Shown here: in pieces, positions 5,791 through 6,733 of the stretch | How positions within the stretch are numbered: position 1 is the first letter of the stretch | Layout of the letters: each line of letters begins with the position of its first letter | Source of the DNA: Candidatus Woesearchaeota archaeon | Lineage (GTDB): Archaea; Nanobdellota; Nanobdellia; SCGC-AAA011-G17; JAFCDX01 | Assembly: GCA_964497015.1 (NCBI GenBank) | Contig: CAZCBT010000035.1 | Location: forward strand, 1-6,733 | Length of the DNA: 6,733 nucleotides | Direction of reading: 5' to 3' | The notes under the pieces: model-generated | Database searches by the model: none | Told to the model about the DNA's origin: nothing | The model's input: only the letters and a program-made list of their open reading frames with translations | Program-made: the position numbers and the translations under genes

Positions 5791-6321
5791 TTATTGTTTT
5801 TTAGTTTGGTTAATAAAATTTTCCATTATCTTGTTAAATAAGCAAATAAATGTTTCATTATCAATATTAATACCTGCCTCTATTAGCACCCTTGCCAGTT
5901 CTTGGGCAAGAATATTTTCATCGTTAACAGGAACAAAATTAAACAAATTTTTAAGTGTAATATCACAAAGAAATCCGTTGTTTAGCTTTACAACACATTC
6001 TCTAAATTCAGCATCGTATACTTTTTTTAAGTTAAGATCAACATAACATTCATTAAAAAATCTTTGCTTTTCCTGTTTGAAATCATGGTTTAGGAGTTCT
6101 ATTTTTAACAACTCTAAAAATACTTCTTTGTAGGAATGTTTTTTTATGAAATCTTCAACATCAGAAATTGTGTTTACTAAAGAAAGGTTGTAAATCTTTT
6201 TAGGCATATAGATTTTTCCAAGATATTTTAGCACTTTTTGTTTAACATTCTTGCCATGGCGTTTTGTTTCAACAAGATATGCGTATTCGTTATTTTTTAT
6301 TTTTTTAACCCTAATAAACAT
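5791..6321 (-). CDS. Hypothetical protein, 176 aa. The basic N-terminal segment is MFIRVKKIKNNEYAYLVETKRHGKNVKQKVLKYLGK.
   Basis: Its ATG is 1 nt after the lon stop, and its stop is 2 nt before the argS ATG, so it is almost certainly co-transcribed. The N-terminal motif resembles, from memory, the N-termini of IS1634-type transposases. No catalytic domain follows. Confidence 0.8.
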   Translation of the reverse strand: MFIRVKKIKNNEYAYLVETKRHGKNVKQKVLKYLGKIYMPKKIYNLSLVNTISDVEDFIKKHSYKEVFLELLKIELLNHDFKQEKQRFFNECYVDLNLKKVYDAEFRECVVKLNNGFLCDITLKNLFNFVPVNDENILAQELARVLIEAGINIDNETFICLFNKIMENFINQTKKQ

Positions 6322-6322
6322 T

Positions 6323-6733
6323 TTATTTTGTAAGTTTTCTAAGCAATTTTTCTTTTCCTTTCCAAATTAATGCCTCTTTTAGCACTTCTTGGATCGTTGA
6401 AACAGGGATTATCCTTATGTTTTTCAGTTTTTGTTTTGGAAGCATTACATCCTTCTCATTTGCTTTTGGAATTATTATGCGCTTTATTCCTGCTTCTATG
6501 GCTGCTTCTATTTTAGCACTTACCCCACCAACAGCAAGAACTTCGCCTCTAATTGACAACGAGCCAGTTAAAGCTGTGTCTTGCCTTACAGGAATCTTTT
6601 TTAATGCAGATATTATTGCTGTTGCTACCGCTATACTGGCAGAGTCTCCTTCAACACCCTCTAAAGCAGTGCCCAGAAATTGCACGTAGATGTCGTATTT
6701 TTCTTTTATATCTTCACCAAAGTATTTCATTAT
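6323..6733 (-). CDS. lon: Lon protease C-terminal proteolytic domain (archaeal LonB-like). The 5' end is truncated by the window edge.
   Basis: [20 protein letters not shown] carries the catalytic Ser, and [27 protein letters not shown] carries the catalytic Lys, giving the Ser-Lys dyad context of Lon. GDSAS rather than GPSAG is the archaeal LonB form. The frame stays open to base 6733. Confidence 0.9.
   Translation of the reverse strand: MMKYFGEDIKEKYDIYVQFLGTALEGVEGDSASIAVATAIISALKKIPVRQDTALTGSLSIRGEVLAVGGVSAKIEAAIEAGIKRIIIPKANEKDVMLPKQKLKNIRIIPVSTIQEVLKEALIWKGKEKLLRKLTK

Noticed and set aside
1585-6689. Track ORFs 1585..1821(+), 2141..2380(-), 2205..2444(-), 4508..4696(+), 5472..5678(-), 5669..6046(+) and 6417..6689(+)
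   Set aside because: All lie antisense to, or out of frame within, longer ORFs with better support (argS, lon, the HTH gene, the 140, 176 and 215 aa ORFs). Their F/L/S/C/K-rich low-complexity composition is typical of shadow frames in AT-rich DNA.
1-6733. tRNA, rRNA or other structured RNA genes
   Set aside because: The window has no GC-enriched segment of 70 nt or more, and I found no cloverleaf-compatible stems. AT-rich archaeal genomes normally show a clear GC spike at stable RNA genes.

Overview
This is an AT-rich window (roughly 30% GC by eye) with tightly packed genes, and it looks archaeal. Two things support that. The Lon fragment carries the LonB-type GDSAS motif. Several genes also have a TTTAAATA-type TATA box centred about 25-28 nt upstream of their ATG, which suggests leaderless transcripts. 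The right half (3653..6733, minus strand) is a housekeeping block: the C-terminal proteolytic domain of a Lon protease (truncated by the window edge), an unknown 176-aa ORF, arginyl-tRNA synthetase, and a 144-aa ORF with its own promoter. The first three are separated by only 1-2 nt. The left half (1..2786) holds small proteins I cannot assign to a family: a 2-TM membrane protein, a Lys/Glu-rich 100-aa helical protein, and a co-oriented pair of 140 aa and 215 aa. That pair is transcribed divergently from a 213-aa protein with a C-terminal helix-turn-helix. The most unusual signals: (1) The HTH gene contains a duplicated block of about 58 nt made of ten GTTCA half-sites spaced 8-12 nt within each block, including three GTTCATGAAC palindromes. 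An identical 11-mer is read in two different reading frames in the two copies, so the conservation is at DNA level, not protein level. (2) Immediately downstream is about 740 bp with no credible ORF, which is anomalous for this gene density. It carries recurring 9-mers and a 9-bp-stem inverted repeat. I found no rRNA, tRNA, CRISPR array or recognisable transposase. All functional calls other than argS and lon are pattern-level inferences made without database searches.
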